64,000 nt of DNA, from NCBI RefSeq assembly GCF_009914755.1, contig NC_060932.1; one strand, 5' to 3'. Made by a program: the position numbers and the translations under genes. The notes below the pieces were generated by a model. That model made no database searches and was not told the DNA's origin. It saw only the letters and a program-made list of their open reading frames with translations. The DNA comes from the human T2T-CHM13v2.0 reference genome, Homo sapiens. Below, piece after piece: positions 27,784-41,770 of this stretch. Each line of letters opens with the position of its first letter. Positions within the stretch are counted from its first letter, which is position 1.

Positions 27784-28804
27784 ACATATTTTAAATTTCT
27801 GTCAATATAGATGTTTGCATTATTAGATTTTTATATAAATTAGATCATATGGGATGTGTGATTCCATTTACCACTTTTTGCCCAATTTATTTAACTGAGA
27901 ACAATGATTTTGAGTTTCATTCACATCGTTGTGTGTATCAGTAGTTACTATATTTTTAATTGCTAAATAGTATTCCATTGCATGGATATACCATAGTTTG
28001 TTTATACATTTGCCTGTTGATGGACAGTTGTATTGTTTCTAGTTTTGGGCTGCTGAAAATAGAGCTGCCATGAACATTTGTGTACATGTCTTTGTGTGGA
28101 CCTGTGTTTTTGTTTCTCTAGGGTAAATACCTTAGTAGGCACATATTTAACATTTTACAAAATTGACAAATCATTTTCCAAAGCAGTTGTACAATTTTAC
28201 TTTCTTATCAGCGATGTATAAGCGTTCCAGTTTTTTCACAACCTCACTAAGTGTGGTTTCACAACCACACTTGCTGTGGTCCAGCTTCTTAATTTTAGCC
28301 AATATAATGGGTGTTCAGTGCTATTTTAATGTGATTTTAATTCGCTTTTCCCTGCTTACTAGTGATGTTAAGTATCTTTTCAGGTGCTTATTGGCCATTT
28401 GCAAACTTTCTTCTATTAAATACTTGTTCAAATTATTTGCCCAGTTGTTTGGTAGATTCATGGTATTTTCCTCACAAAGAATCACATAATCTCCAAATAG
28501 GTAAAATTTCATGTCCTCCTTTCACATCTTTATTTCTTTTTCTTGCCTAATTGCAATGACTAGTGCCTCCAGCAAAATGTGGAATAGAAGTAATGAAAGC
28601 AGGTATCCTTGTCTTGTTTTCAATCTCATGAGGGAAATAATTTGTGTTTCACTATGAAGTATGACATTGGATGCAGGTTTTTTGTTGAGGTCCTTTAGAA
28701 ACTTGAAAATTCCCTATAATCCAAGTTTACTGAGAGATTTTTTTTTCATATAATGAATGGGTGTTGAATTTTGTCAAATGCTTTTTATGCATCTATTTAG
28801 TATG

Positions 28805-29600
28805 AAATTTTCCCTCATCTAAAGAGAGGTCTGGCTATTGTTCTGGCCTCTGCAAGGTTACCTCTAAAAGCATGGAGTTTTCTAAGTGATAGAAGTGTCT
28901 TACTTTGTTATTGATAGTGGGCTCCTTGGGCCATATGTGATAGTTTTTGCTAACAAGGTGACTTAGAGTGAGGGATGACCTCTTCAGAAAGACCAGCCAT
29001 GTGATTAAGAAGAGCAGGGCTTCAAGCTATGTTTTATCAGCCTAATCTCTGAGAACTAAGGGAACATGGAGATTGTGTTCAACCACATGGGCAATGATTC
29101 ATTCAATCATGTCTATGTAATAAAACCCCAGTGAAAACTCTGGACACCAAAGTTCATGTGAGTTTCCTATGTTGGTAATACTCCAAGTGTATTGCTACAC
29201 ATGGATGCTGAGAGTAATGTGTCCCTGAGGACGATGAAAGTTTTACATCTGGACCTCTTTGAGACTTTGTCCCATGCGTTTATTCCTTTGGCTGGTTCTA
29301 ATTTGTATCCTTTCACTGTAATAAAGGTTTGTAATGGCACAGTGCTCTACTGAGTTCTGTGAGTCATTATAGTGAATTATAGAACCAGAGGGAGTCTGTG
29401 GGGACCCCACATTTGTAGCCAGATAGTCAAAAGTGAGAGCAGCCCTGAGGACCCCTGAACTTGTTGCTGGGGCCTGAAGTGAGGGCAGTTTTTCACGGAG
29501 TGTTCTCTCAGGCTTTGCAGTTTGCAAGATTCGTTGCAGTTCATGTTAGAAGTCTTAAGCAGACGTGGCGTTTCAGAGTATTGCACCTTTAACCTTGAGT
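28805..29600 (+). mobile_element. MER21/MER77-like LTR
   Basis: CAATCATGTCTATGTAATAAAACCCC...AACTCTGGACAC and CTGAGTTCTGTGAGTCATT...GGGACCCCCACATTTGTAGCC. Confidence 0.75.
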
Positions 29601-30997
29601 CTGCCTAATTGTAGATAGCGTCTATTAAAATGGTCATGTGTTTTTTCTTCTTTGTGCTGTAAATTTAATTCATTATATCCACTGAATTTTGATCCTTAAA
29701 CCAACTTTGTACTCTGAGAATAAAACTTACTTCATAATGATTTATTATTGTTTTCATACAGGGTTGAATTTAACTAATATTTTGTCAAGGGCATTTGCAT
29801 CTATATTCATGAGAGGTATTTGTAATGTCTTGGTCTGGCGTTGGTGTTAGGATTACACTAGCCTCATATAATTTTGCTGGGGAGGTGTCCCTCTTCTGCT
29901 GGGCAGTGGATTCCAATATCTGAAAGATTTTATGTAAGACTGGTATTATGTCTTTTTTGAGTATTCAGTAGAATTCACCAGTAAAATCATCTGGTCTTCC
30001 AGTTGTTGTTTTTTTTTTTTGTTTGTTTGTTTTGTTTTTTTTTTGTGTGAGAAATGTTTTTGATACCAAATTTAATTTCTCTAATAATTATATTCAGATT
30101 TTCTGCTTCTTCATGTATCAATTTTGTGAGTAGTATGTTTTAGAAAAAATTGTCTTAGGTAAATTGTCAAATTTATTGGTTTGTTGATGGAGTTACTTTT
30201 TTAACATGTGTAGGATCTGCCATGATAAAGTACTTTTCATTCTTGGTATTTGTGACTTGTGTTCTCCCTCTAATTTTTTTTATTAGTCTAGCTAGGGGGT
30301 TGTCAATTTTGTTTTTCCTCTCAGAATACCAGCTTTGGGCTTTGTTAATTTTTCTATTGTCTGCGTTTTTTATTTTATTGATTTCTATTATTTTCTTTAT
30401 TCTTTCCTTCCTTTTACTTACCTTCAATTTACCTACTCTACATTTTCCATCTATTTAAGGTGGATACTTAGCTGATTGGCTTTTTATATTTTTTTTAATA
30501 TAAGAATTTAAAGTCATAGTTTATCTCTAAGCACTGCTTTAGCTAACCTCATTAATTTTGATGTTTTAATTGCCATTAAAGTTCTAGATGTTTTCTAATT
30601 TCTCTAGTGATTTCATTACTCATTAGTTATGAAGAAGTATGCTATTTAATTTCCAGATATATAGGATTTTCTTATACCACAGTAATATTGATTTCTAATT
30701 TAATACCATTTTAATCATAGAATATTCCATGTGATTTTGATCCTTTTAACTTGTTTTATGCCTTAATATGATCTGACCTGATAAATGAACCAGCTACACC
30801 TGAAAAGAATACACATTTTGCAATAATTGGAGTTAGTGTTTTATAATTGTCAATTATATCATGGTGATTAATTATGCTGGTCACACTTTCTATGTCTTTA
30901 ATGCTTTTTTTCTAACTAATTCTTGAATCAATTATGGAGAAATGGATGGCAGAATCAACTACTGTAATTTTGAAATTTTCTATTTATTCTTTTATTT

Positions 30998-31307
30998 ATT
31001 TATTTATTTTTTTGAGGCAGAGTCTGGCTCTGTCACCCAGGCTGTAGTGCAGTGATGTGATCTTGGCTCACTGCAATCTCCGCCTCCCGGGTTAAAGTGA
31101 TTCTCCTGCCTCAGCCTCCTGAGTAGCTGGGATTATAGGTGCCCACCGTGCCCATTTAATTTTTCTACTTTTAGTAGAGATGGGGTTTCACCATGTTGAT
31201 CAGGCTGGTCTCAAACTCCTGACCTCAGGTGATTTGCCCTCCCAAAGTGCTGGGGCCTCAGCCTCCCAAACTGCTGGGGTTACAGGCATGAGCCATCATG
31301 CCTGGCC
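30998..31307 (-). mobile_element. AluSx-like, inserted in the poly(A) tail of the adjacent L1PA
   Basis: TSD TATTCTTTTATTT (30985-30997, 31308-31320). Extra TCCCAAAGTGCTGGG copy near 31240. Confidence 0.95.
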
Positions 31308-31320
31308 TATTCTTTTATTT

Positions 31321-34300
31321 TTTAACTTTTATTTGAGTTTCAAGAATATACGTGCAGGTTTGTTATGTAGGTAAATTGCAAGTCACAGAGGTTTGGTGTA
31401 CAGAATATTTCAAAACCCAGGTAATAGGCATGAGTACTCTATAGCTAGTTTTTCAATCCTTATCCTCCTCCCACACTGCATCCTCAAGTAGGCCCCAGTA
31501 TCTATTCTTCCCTTCTTTGTTCCCATGGGTACTCAATGTTTAGCTCTCACTTATAAGTGAGAACATACAGTATTTGGTTTTCTTTTCCTGTTTAGTTCAT
31601 TTAGGATAAGCGCCTCTGACTCCAACCATGCTGCTGCGAAGGACATGATCTCATTCTTTTTTATGGCTGCGTATATTCCATAGTGCATATGTACCACATT
31701 TTCTTTATCCAGTCTACCATTGATAGGAATTTAGATTGATTTCCATGTCTTTGCTATTGTGACTAGTGCTGTGGTGATGATACATGTGCATGTGTCTTTA
31801 TGATAGAATGATTTATATTACTTTGGATATATACCCAATAATGGGATTACTGTGTCAAATGGTAGTTCTCTTCTCAGTTTTTGGAGAAATAGCCAAACTG
31901 CTTTCCACAATGGTTGAACTAATTTACACTTTCACCAGACTTGTATGAACATTCAGTTTTCTTTACAACCTCGCCAGCATTTGTTGTTTTTTGACTTTTT
32001 AATAATAGCCATTCTGACTAGTGTGAGATGGTGTCTCATTGTGGTTTTGATTTGTATTTCTCTAATGATTGGTGATGTTGAGCATATTTTCATATGATTG
32101 TTGGCTGCATGCATGTCTTCTTTTGAAAAGTGCCTGTTCATGTACTTTGCCCACTTTTTAATGGGGTTATTCATTTTTTGCTTGTTAATTTGTTTATATT
32201 GCTTATAAATTCTGGATATTAAACTCTTGTCAGATGCATACTTTGCAGATATTTTCTCCCGTTCTGTAGGTAATCTGTTTACTGTTTGATAGTTTCTTTT
32301 GCTGTGTATAAGCTCTTTAGTTTAATTAGGTCCCATTTGCCAATTTCTGTTTCTGTTGCAGTTGCGTTTGGCATCTTTGTCATGAAATCTTTGCCAGGAT
32401 CTATGTCCAGAATGGTATTTCATAGGTTATCTTCCAGGGTTTTTATAGTTTTAGGTTTCACATTTAAGTCTAATTCATCTTGAGTTGATTTTTGTATATG
32501 GTGTAGGGAAAGGGGTCCAGTTTCAATCTTCTGTGTATGGCTAGCCAGTTATCCCAGCATCATTTACTGAGTAGGTAGTCCTTCCCCCTTGCTTGTTTTT
32601 TTCAACTCTGTATAAGTTCAGATGGTTGTAGGTGTGTGGCTTTAATTCTGGACTCTGTATTCTGTTCCATTGGTCTATGTATCTGTTTTTGTACCAGTGC
32701 CGTGCTGTTTTGGGTACTGTAGCCTTGTAGTATAGTTTGAAGTAAGATAAAGTGATGCCTTTGTTCTTTTTGCTTAGGATTACATTGGCTACTTAGGCTC
32801 TTTTTTGGTTCCATATGAATTTTGAAAGTGTTTTTCTAATTCTGTGAAGAATGTCATTGGTAGTTTGATAGGAATAGCAATGAATCTGTAAATTGCTTTG
32901 GGCAGTATGGTCATTTTAGCAATGTTGTCTTCCAATCCATGAGCATGGAGTGTTTTTCCATTTGTTTGTATCATCTCTTTTCTCTATCAGCAATGTTTTA
33001 TAATTCTTGTTGTAAAAATATTTTACCTCCTTTATTAGCTGTATTCCTAGGTGTTTCATTTTTTTTAGAGCTATCGTGAGTGGTATAGCATTCTTGATTT
33101 GGCTCTCAGCTTGGATGTTGTTGAGGTACAGGAATGCTACGGATTTTTGTAAATTTATTTCATATCCTGAAACTTTGCTGAAGTTGTTTATCAGATATAG
33201 GAGTTTTGGGTCAGAGACTATGGTGTTTTCTAAGTATGAAATCATACCATCTGTGAACAGAGATAGTTTGAGTTTCTCTTGTCCTATTTGAATGCCTTTT
33301 ATTTCCTTCTCTTGCCTGATTGCTCTGATGAGGATTTCCAGTACTATGCTGAATATGGGTGGTGAGAGTGGGCACCCTTGTCTTGTCCTGGTTCTCAAGT
33401 GGAATGCTTCCAGCTTTTGCCTGTTGAGTGTGATGTTGGCTGTTGGTTTGTTATAGATGGCTCTTGTTATTTTGAGGTATGCTCCTTCCATGCCAGGGTT
33501 ATTGAATGTTTTAATGAAGGGATGTTGAATTTTATCAAAAGCCTTTTCTGCATCTATTTAGATGATCATATGGCTTTTATTTTAAGTTCTGTTTATGTGA
33601 TAAATCACATTTATTGATTTGCATAACCAACCTTACATCCCAGGAATAAAGCCTACTTGATCATCATGGATTAGTTTTATGATTTGCTGCTGGATTCAGT
33701 TTGCTAGTACTTTGTTGATGATTTTCGCATATGTTAGTCAAGGATATTGGCCTAAAGTTTTATTTTTTTGTTGTGTCTCTGCCAGGTTTTGGTATCAGGA
33801 TGATGCTGGCCTCATAGAACGAGTTAGGGAGGAGTTTGTCCTCTTCAATTTTTTGGAATAGCTTCATTACTAATGGTACCAGCTCTTTACAGATCTGGCA
33901 GAATTTGGTAGTTAATTCATCTGGTCCTGGGCTTTTTCTGGTTGGTAGGCATTGTATTACTGATTTAATTTTGGATCTTATTATTGGCCTTTTCATGGTT
34001 TCAATTTCTTGGTTCAATCTTGGGAGGTTGTATGTTTCCAGAATGTGTCAGTTTCTTGTAGGTTTTCTTGCTTGTGTGCATAGAGGTGTTTGTAATAGTC
34101 TCTAAGGGCTTTTTATATTTCTTTGGGGTCAGGGGTAATGTCCCCTTTGTCATTTCTGATTGAGTTTATTTGGATCTTTTCTCTTTTTTTAAATTTATTG
34201 GTTTAGATAGTGGCCTGTCAATCTCATTCTTTCAAAGAACCGCTTCCTGGATTCATTAATCTTTTGGATGGTTTTTTACGTGTCAATTTCATTCAGGTCA

Positions 34301-37300
34301 GCTGATTTCAGTTATTTTGTGTCTTTTGCAAGCCTTGAGGTTGATTCGTTTTTGTTTTTATAGTTCCTCTAGGTGTGATGTTAGGTAGTCAATTTGAGAT
34401 CGTTCAAACTTTTTGATGCGGGCGTTTAGCACAATAAATTTTCCTCTTAACACTGTTTTAGCTTCATCTCAGAGATGCTGGTATGTTGCATCTTTATTCT
34501 CATTAGTTTCAAAGAATTTCTTGATTTCTGCCTTAATTTTATTGTTTACCCAAAAGTCATTCAGCAGCAGGTTGTGTAATTTCCATGTAATTATATGGTT
34601 TTGAGTGATCTTAGTATTGATTTCTATTTTTATTGTGCTGTGGTCCAAGAGTGTGGTTGGCATGATTTGTTTGACTTTGCTAAGGATTGTTTTATGGCCA
34701 ACTGCATGGTCAATTTTAGAGTATGTGACATGTGCAGGTGAGAAGAATGAAGCTTCTATTATTTTTCAGTGGAGGGTTCTGTAGATGTCTGTAAGGTCCA
34801 TTTGGTCAAGTGTTCAGATTTTTCTGTATCCCTCAACTTTGAGCCAATGGGTGTCATTATGTGTGAGATAGGTCTTTTGAACATAGTATACAGTTGGGTC
34901 TTTCTTCTTTATCCAACTTGCCACTCTGTACCTTTTAATTGAAGCAATTAGTCAATTTACAGTCAAAGTTAATATTGATATATGCAAATTTGATCCTGTC
35001 ATCATGCTGTTAGCTGATTATTATGCAGACTTCATTGTGTAGTTGCTTTATAGTGTCAATGGTCTTTGTACTTAAGTGTGTTTTTGTGGTGGCCATGATG
35101 GTCTTTTGTTACGGTATTTGGCACTGCCTTAAGGCTGTCTTGTAAGGCTGGTCTGGTGGTAATTAATTCCCTTAGCATTTGCTTGTCTGAAAGTAATCTT
35201 ATTTCTCCTTCACTTATGAGGCTTAATTTGGCTGGATATGAAATTTCAGTTAGAATTTCCTTCCTTTAAGAACATTGAATATACGTCCTCTATCTCTTCT
35301 GGCTTGCAGGGTTTCTGCTGAAAGGTCTGCCATTAGCTTGATGGGGTTCCCTGTGTTGGTGACCTGCCCCTTCTCTCTAGCTGCCTTCAATATTTTTTCT
35401 TTCATTTTGATCTTGGAGAATCTGATGACTATGTGTCTTGGGGATGGTCATCTTGTGTAGTATCTCACAGGGTTCTCGGCATTTCTTGAATTTGTATGTT
35501 GGCCTCTCCAGTGAGGTTGGGGAAATCCTCACAGATTTCCTTCACAGATATCCTTGAATATGTTTTCCAAGTTGGTTGCTTTCTTCCTCTCTTTCAGGGA
35601 CACCAATGGGTCATAGAATTGGTCTCCGTACATAATCCCATATTTTTCAGAGGTTTTGTTTATTCTTTTTAATTATTTTTTCTTTATTTTTATCTGGCTG
35701 AGTTAATTTGAAGAACCAGTCTTTGGGCTCTGAGATTCTTTCCTCAGCTTGGTCTATTCTGCTGTTAATACTTGCAGTTGTATTATATATGCCTGTAGTG
35801 AGTTTTTCAGTTCTATCTTATCAGTTTAGTTCTTTCTTAAAATGGCAATTTTGTCTTTCAGCTCCTGTATCATTTTATTGTATTCCTTAGATTCTTTGGA
35901 TTGGGTTTAGACTTTCCTCTGAGTATCAGTGATCTTTGTTCCTGTCCGTATTCTGAATTCTATGTCTGTTATTTCAGTCTGGCTAAGAACCATTGTTGGG
36001 GAACTAGTGGGGAGGTAACCATTATCTCATTTGGAGGTTAGAAGAAACTGATGTTTTGAGTTGCCAGAATTCTTGGTTCTTTCTCATCTGTGTTAATGTT
36101 CCTTTAATCTTAAAAGTTACTTGTCGTTCGGATGGGGTATTTTGCCTTTTATCTTCTTTGATGCCCTTGGGAGTTTGATTGTGGTATAAGGTGGGTTCAG
36201 TCAACTGGCTTCATTTCTGGAAGATTTCAGGAAGCCAAATCTCAGCACTGCCTTGCTGCATATTCTTACTCTGGGGCACTGGTACCAGGCCCCCTGCTTT
36301 TTTCTCTGGCCCCTCAAGGTTAGGAACCTGCTGTACTAGGGACCCAGGTGTTCCTGGTCCACTAACAACAACAATTTGATGAGGGGTGCTAGCCAAAGTG
36401 CTTCATTTGGTTGGTGGGAGTGGGATCCATGTCAGTAGCTGCCATGGCATGGTGGGATGCATGTGTATCAGCTGGGGAAGGATGTGGAGTGCCAGCATCT
36501 GTGCATACACTTGCACATGCAGCAGTGGTGCAGTGGGCTGCCTCTGTATCAGTGGGGATGAGGTGCCAAAGGAGATAGGGTGCCAGCAGTGTGGCGGGGG
36601 TTGGTGGCAGAGTGCACGCACATAATATGCACCAGTGGGAGAGGGGAGGCAAAGTTCACCAATGTGCTCATGCCAGCAAAGTAGTGGGGGGCAGCTGTGG
36701 GTGAGTGCATGTTGGCAGAGTTGGAGGCTGTAGTGGGAAGAGGCTGCAGGTAGGTTGGTGCATGTTGGCAGGGGCTGATTTTCTGGAACTCTCCAACAGT
36801 TAGGAGTAGTCTGCTGGTGAAGGAGCTATAATGGGAGCTTCTGGGAAGCACCCTGGCTGAGCATCTGAGGCTGCACTGTAAGTGGGCATGGCCAGGCTGG
36901 GGCCCCAGGAAAGGCCAGCAGACAGAGCGGTGCTCAGATTGAACTGGCCCTGTCCCATGAGCAAGATTGCCCTGCTTTGTCTGTCCAGGTCCAATGGTCA
37001 CCCAAAGGGTAAAACCACCTAGAGAAGTGTAGCAAACCTTGAGGGATAGGCATCCCTGGCTGTGCTCCAGTGTAGAAGTTCCCACACCAAACCCTCTGGG
37101 CTCCTCACAGGCTAGATTCCTGCTCCTACCATTTCTTTGAGCAGCTCTCCCTTTCAGCTCAAGTGTCTGTTGGGGTTGTGGGATCTCCTGCAGCTAGGAT
37201 TCCAGAGGTCTGTGATGAAAACAAGCCACTCCTTGCCTGTTCAACTCATCCCTTCCCCAGGAGTCACTGGGAGCCAGGGCAAGTCCTGGTGCTCAGCAGC

Positions 37301-37476
37301 CCTGTGCAGTGCTCCCACGTTTCTTCTTCTTCAGCCCAGTGTCTGTTTCCTCCCTCTGTTCACCCTCAATACCTTCCCTGTAAAGATCTGCTCTGAGTGT
37401 GCTAGTCTTCCCAATGTCCCAGTCTCTCGGTAGGAGATGTTCCTCCTGGCTGTGTCTAGTTGGCCATCTTGTCTCT
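31321..37476 (-). mobile_element. Near-full-length L1PA15/16-like element, inactive
   Basis: Has 3' UTR, ORF2 remnants (RQGCPLSP...LFTDGMI; [17 protein letters not shown]), ORF1 region and GC-richer 5' UTR. The reverse complement starts AGAGACAAGATGGCCAACTAGACACAGCCAGG. Deletion in the endonuclease region near 34815. Confidence 0.9.
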
Positions 37477-38829
37477 AATCTGCCACTTAGTATTTACAAT
37501 TTTTTTCACTCACATTTCATCATCTCTCATATTATTTCTGTAGCCAGACCATACTATCTCTTACACTTGATACTGCTGTCTCCTCTAGTTATGCTTCTCT
37601 ACCAGTTCTCTCAGCCTCTATTTCTTTTTTAATTCTGCCAATTTTTGCCTTATGTTATTTCGAGATTCTGTTATTAGGTAAATTCACATCAATAATTTTG
37701 ATGTCTTCCTGATAAAGTGTAACTTCTATTGTTATGAAATGTTTATATACCTGGAAACACTCTTTGTCTTGAAGTCTATCATACATTAAAATAGCCATTT
37801 TAATTTTCTTATGCTAACTGTGTTTTTACTATTCTTTACAAAATCAATTTATGTTCTACTAATAATATGTAAAGACTGAGTCTTGTAAGCAACAGATGCT
37901 AAGGTCTTGATTTTTAAATCCTCTTTATCAATCCCTCTCTATTATTTTGGGGCATTTAGACCATTAACATTGAATGTAATAATTGATATGCTTTGAATCA
38001 ACCGTACCATTTTATTGTTTGTGTTCCTTTTGTTCCCTCAGTTTTTTGTTCCTCTAAGGCTCCTCCTGTGCTGCCTTTTCTGTAGTATCTTAATTTTTAG
38101 TATTACATTGTAAATTCATATAGGGCTCTTGGTTTATATCTTTTGGATTTGTTTTTTATTAGGTTTTCTAGGGTTAGGCTGAAAACTGCAGGTGGTTCAA
38201 ATGTCAGCTCAGCTTTTCACCCTGTTGGTATGCTGGTTTGGATCTGTCCCATGCATGGATAGTTGAAGATACAGACAAAAGACACACGTGAGTGCATGTG
38301 CAGTGTTATGGGTACTTTACTCTGGCTATCCATTTTGGAATTTCTCTCCCTGTTTTCTGGCCTTCAAAGTCTCCTTTTCCTGGTTCTTGTGGCCCAAAGG
38401 TAGAGTTTCCTCTCAGGGTGTTAGCCACCGGGGCTGCTGCCACCATTTTCACTGTGCTCCTTTACAATATGAGCCCTCTCCCCAGGACAACGTTTTGAGA
38501 GAAAAACAAAAATGGGAAACTCATGATGGATGCTGCCACAATTTTCAATTCCTCCCCACAATTCACTTATTTTTGTTTACTTTTTAAACTCTCCAGTAGT
38601 TATTTGTTTATATTTTGTCCAGAATTTTTAGTTGTAATCATCAGAAGGGATGGATGGTTGTGGTCTTTTGCCACCATAATGGAATTGAAAGTTCTCAGTT
38701 ATATTGTAGAGAGGCCTTTATATGAAGACTGCATCATAGGCACTCTTAGGTATCCCAAGCCAATAAATCATTAAATATTTTTATAATGACTTTATTAAGA
38801 TAATTTCATGCACACACTCTCTCTCTGTG

Positions 38830-39185
38830 TGTATATATATATAAAATGAAATTATTATACTATATATATTCATACTATATACTATATACAAATTATTCAT
38901 ACTCTATATAGTAACTGTTCATACTGTACTAAATATAGTATGAATAGTACACTAGTATAAATAGTATACATAGTGTGAATGATTTATATATAGTATACAG
39001 TATGAATAATTTACTGTATATGCTATATACATACTATATACGTATATACATACACACATATAGTATGAAATTTTAGTATATATAGTATGAAATTATATAT
39101 ATGGTATGAAGTTTTCCTAATAAAACTATTATAAAAATATTTTACTATATATATACACATATACATATACCCATGGAGTGTATAT
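38830..39185. repeat. AT-rich (TATAC/TA)-type low-complexity tract with inverted symmetry
   Basis: TTCATACT motifs on the left switch to AGTATGAA on the right. Confidence 0.85.
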
Positions 39186-39269
39186 GAGGTATTTTTTTGA
39201 AAATTCATAGAGTTATGCAATTCTCATTATAGTCTTTTTTTTAGAACATTTTAATTACCTCTACACGAA

Positions 39270-41485
39270 ATCTTCAAAAGTCACCTTCATCTTTGAAACA
39301 TACTTTTGCTGGATATAAGATTTTGGTGTTATTTTTTTCTTTGAGCTCTTTGAATATGTTATTCCACTGCTTCTGCCTCCACTGCTTCTGATGACAAGTC
39401 AGTCTTCTTGGAGTTGTCTTGAATGTGAAGGGTCATTTTCCTCTTGTAGCTCTCAAAATATTCTCTGTCATTGTCTTTCAGTATTTTTACCATAATGTGT
39501 CTTGGTATGGATCTCTTTGTGATTATCTTACTTTGAGTTTGTTAATCTTCTTGTATGTATAGATAAATGTGTTTTATAAAATTTAGAGTTTTCAGCCATG
39601 ATTTCTTCTATTTTTCTCTCCTTTCTCACTATTATCCTCTATTATTATGTGTGTTTGTGTGCTTAATAGTGCTCCACATTTTTATGTAGCTCTATTAATT
39701 TGTCTTCGCTCTTTCTTCTCTCCACTTTCTTCGGAATGCATTATCTCTATTGATCTATCTTTGAATTTGCTGATTCTTTCTTCTGTCAGTTCAAATCTGC
39801 TGTTGAGCCTCTGGTAAGTTTTTCATTTCAACTAGCATATTTTTTCAATCTAGAATTTTCATTTGGTTATTTAAAAAATCATTTCTACCTTTTTATTGAT
39901 ATTCTGTATTTGATAAGAATATCCAGCCATTACCTCTTTAAGCACGAGTTTCCTTTAGTTCTTTGAATATATTTGTAATGGCTGCTTTGAAATCTTTAAA
40001 ATCTGACGTCTGTTGACCCTCACAGGCAATTCTTGTTGTCTTCCTTTTTCCTGTTTGTAAGCTACATTTTCCTATGTTTTTTTTTTGTTGCAAGCTTTTT
40101 TTTTTTTTTTTTTTAAACTGGACATTTGAAGTAACATGTTGTAACAACTCTAAATTTTGATTTCCTTCCCCATTTCAGGGTTGTTTTTGTTGTTGTTTGC
40201 TTGTTTGTTTTGTGACTTGGCTAGACTCTTTCAGTTGCATCTATTTCCCATGTAGTGTGAAGTTTCTAATGTTGCCCTTCAGAGAGGCACATCCTTGGGC
40301 ATGAGCACGTTCATCCTAGATAACAGTGTATTCTTTGGTTAAATTAGGGGAGTCTTTGTCTCTTTTTCTGATTTCTCTGTTAATCTGTCTGCCTCTAGTG
40401 GTATCATACCCAGCTCTTAAACTCAGCTGATTGATGGCTGATATCCCTATTGTTTTAGACAATGCCCTGGAATGTTCCAGGCATAAATCTCTCCACAGTC
40501 TCATCCAATTAAATCTGGATAGGGGTAGTTTTTGAGGCCAATCTTTGAGGCTTGTTATGTCCCCCTGGTGTCTCTTTTTGGCTGTCTCTTTCTCTGGTTC
40601 TGTCTGATAAATTAGCTGGCCTACAGTTGAGCTCTCATAGAGCTACAAGTCTTCTTTTAATTGTTTACTGCCAAAATTACCAATTGTTTTTGAGAGCATT
40701 CTTAGGCTTGAATTTTCCCACAGTTCTCTTCAAATAAAGACAGTTATTTTGGGAACAGCACTGGAGTTCTCTTTTCTTGTGGACTACCTCTGTTCCTGAG
40801 AAAAGTCTCTGAGCTACTGCTCCAGGGCTGGGGGTAGGGACAGTGGTCCACTTCTCTTGGAGTGACACCATGCATTATGAGTAGGGTGCTTGTCAGAGCC
40901 ATAGCTTCTGGTATTCTTTTCTTGCCTCTTTGGCCTACAAATGAGCAGGGCTGAGGAGAGAGACCTCAAGAGAGAGACCAAGTCAGAGACCCAGTATTCT
41001 TGACCTGCCAACCCTGTGACTGAGAGTGTGAGTTGGGGCTGGGTGGAGAAAGAGAGTCCCTGACTTCTCAACTGCACTTGCCAGGAATTTAGCCTTTGCA
41101 ACTTGGTGTTGGAGGTGATAAGAAATGCTGGTGGGCTGCTCCTCCTGGTGAGATACCGCATGCCTTGATTGGGAACTGAGGGAGAAAGAAGCTTTGTCTT
41201 TTTAGCTGTAGTTATGCAGAAATGAGCTTCAGTCAAGCTGAACTGGCATACAGGAGGGATGGAGTAAGTCATGGTTCAAGTGCCTCAGCCTCTTACTGTT
41301 CATACTGAGATTTAATAGATTTTCAAAAAGATTTTTCTTGAACAAATGTTGCTGTATGCCCTTAGAACAATTTTCAAATACTTTATACGGTTGTCTTTTT
41401 TAAATGTAATTTTTGCCAGTTATGGTTGTTTCACTGGGAAATGGGTCTATGGTCTGCTCACATCACCGTGCAGACGTGAAACTAT
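39270..41485 (-). mobile_element. Old L1M (MC/MD-like) ORF1 and 5' UTR fragment
   Basis: DFKAAITNIFKELKE (ORF 39938-40147) is an ORF1-like motif. CTTTTGCTGGATATAAGATT lies at the ORF1 3' side. Confidence 0.7.
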
Positions 41486-41770
41486 CAACGAGTGTTTTTT
41501 TAAAAATTATATCCTTTGTATTCTTGATTCTGCTAGGCAAACTGGGGGATAATAACGAATTCATTTAAAAGACATAATCATGTAGCATATAATGTAGCTG
41601 GGGAATGAGATTCACATATGCAAGTAAATAGAAACAGTTGAAGATAATATGTAACTGCTAAGCGAAGTATTTTAAACTGTTATTGTCAATAAAGGCAGAC
41701 ATATAAAGGATGTGAAAGCAGTGCATGTGGGTATAGTGTGGTTCAATAGAAAGAACACCGATATTAGTGC

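Larger units (their letters stand above)
25385..38695 (-). mobile_element. Ancient L1M (MC/ME-like) host element broken up by younger insertions; pieces ~25385-25560, 27785-28800, 29620-30985, 37617-38695
   Basis: 3' end GTGCACATATTTAAAGTGTATAATTT. ORF2 remnants (ORFs 28321-28512 and 30173-30427, KIDNPLARLIKK). 5'-end-like sequence near 38600-38695. The pieces are collinear across the insertions. Confidence 0.7.

Noticed and set aside
25789-34663. RT- and ORF2-like ORFs as an active reverse-transcriptase system
   Set aside because: These are fragments of L1 ORF2 broken by stops, frameshifts and deletions. They are ordinary dead L1 copies.
36211-37433. Cluster of GC-richer ORFs up to 178 aa
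   Set aside because: They lie in the L1PA 5' UTR and overlap in several frames on both strands, as expected from composition alone.
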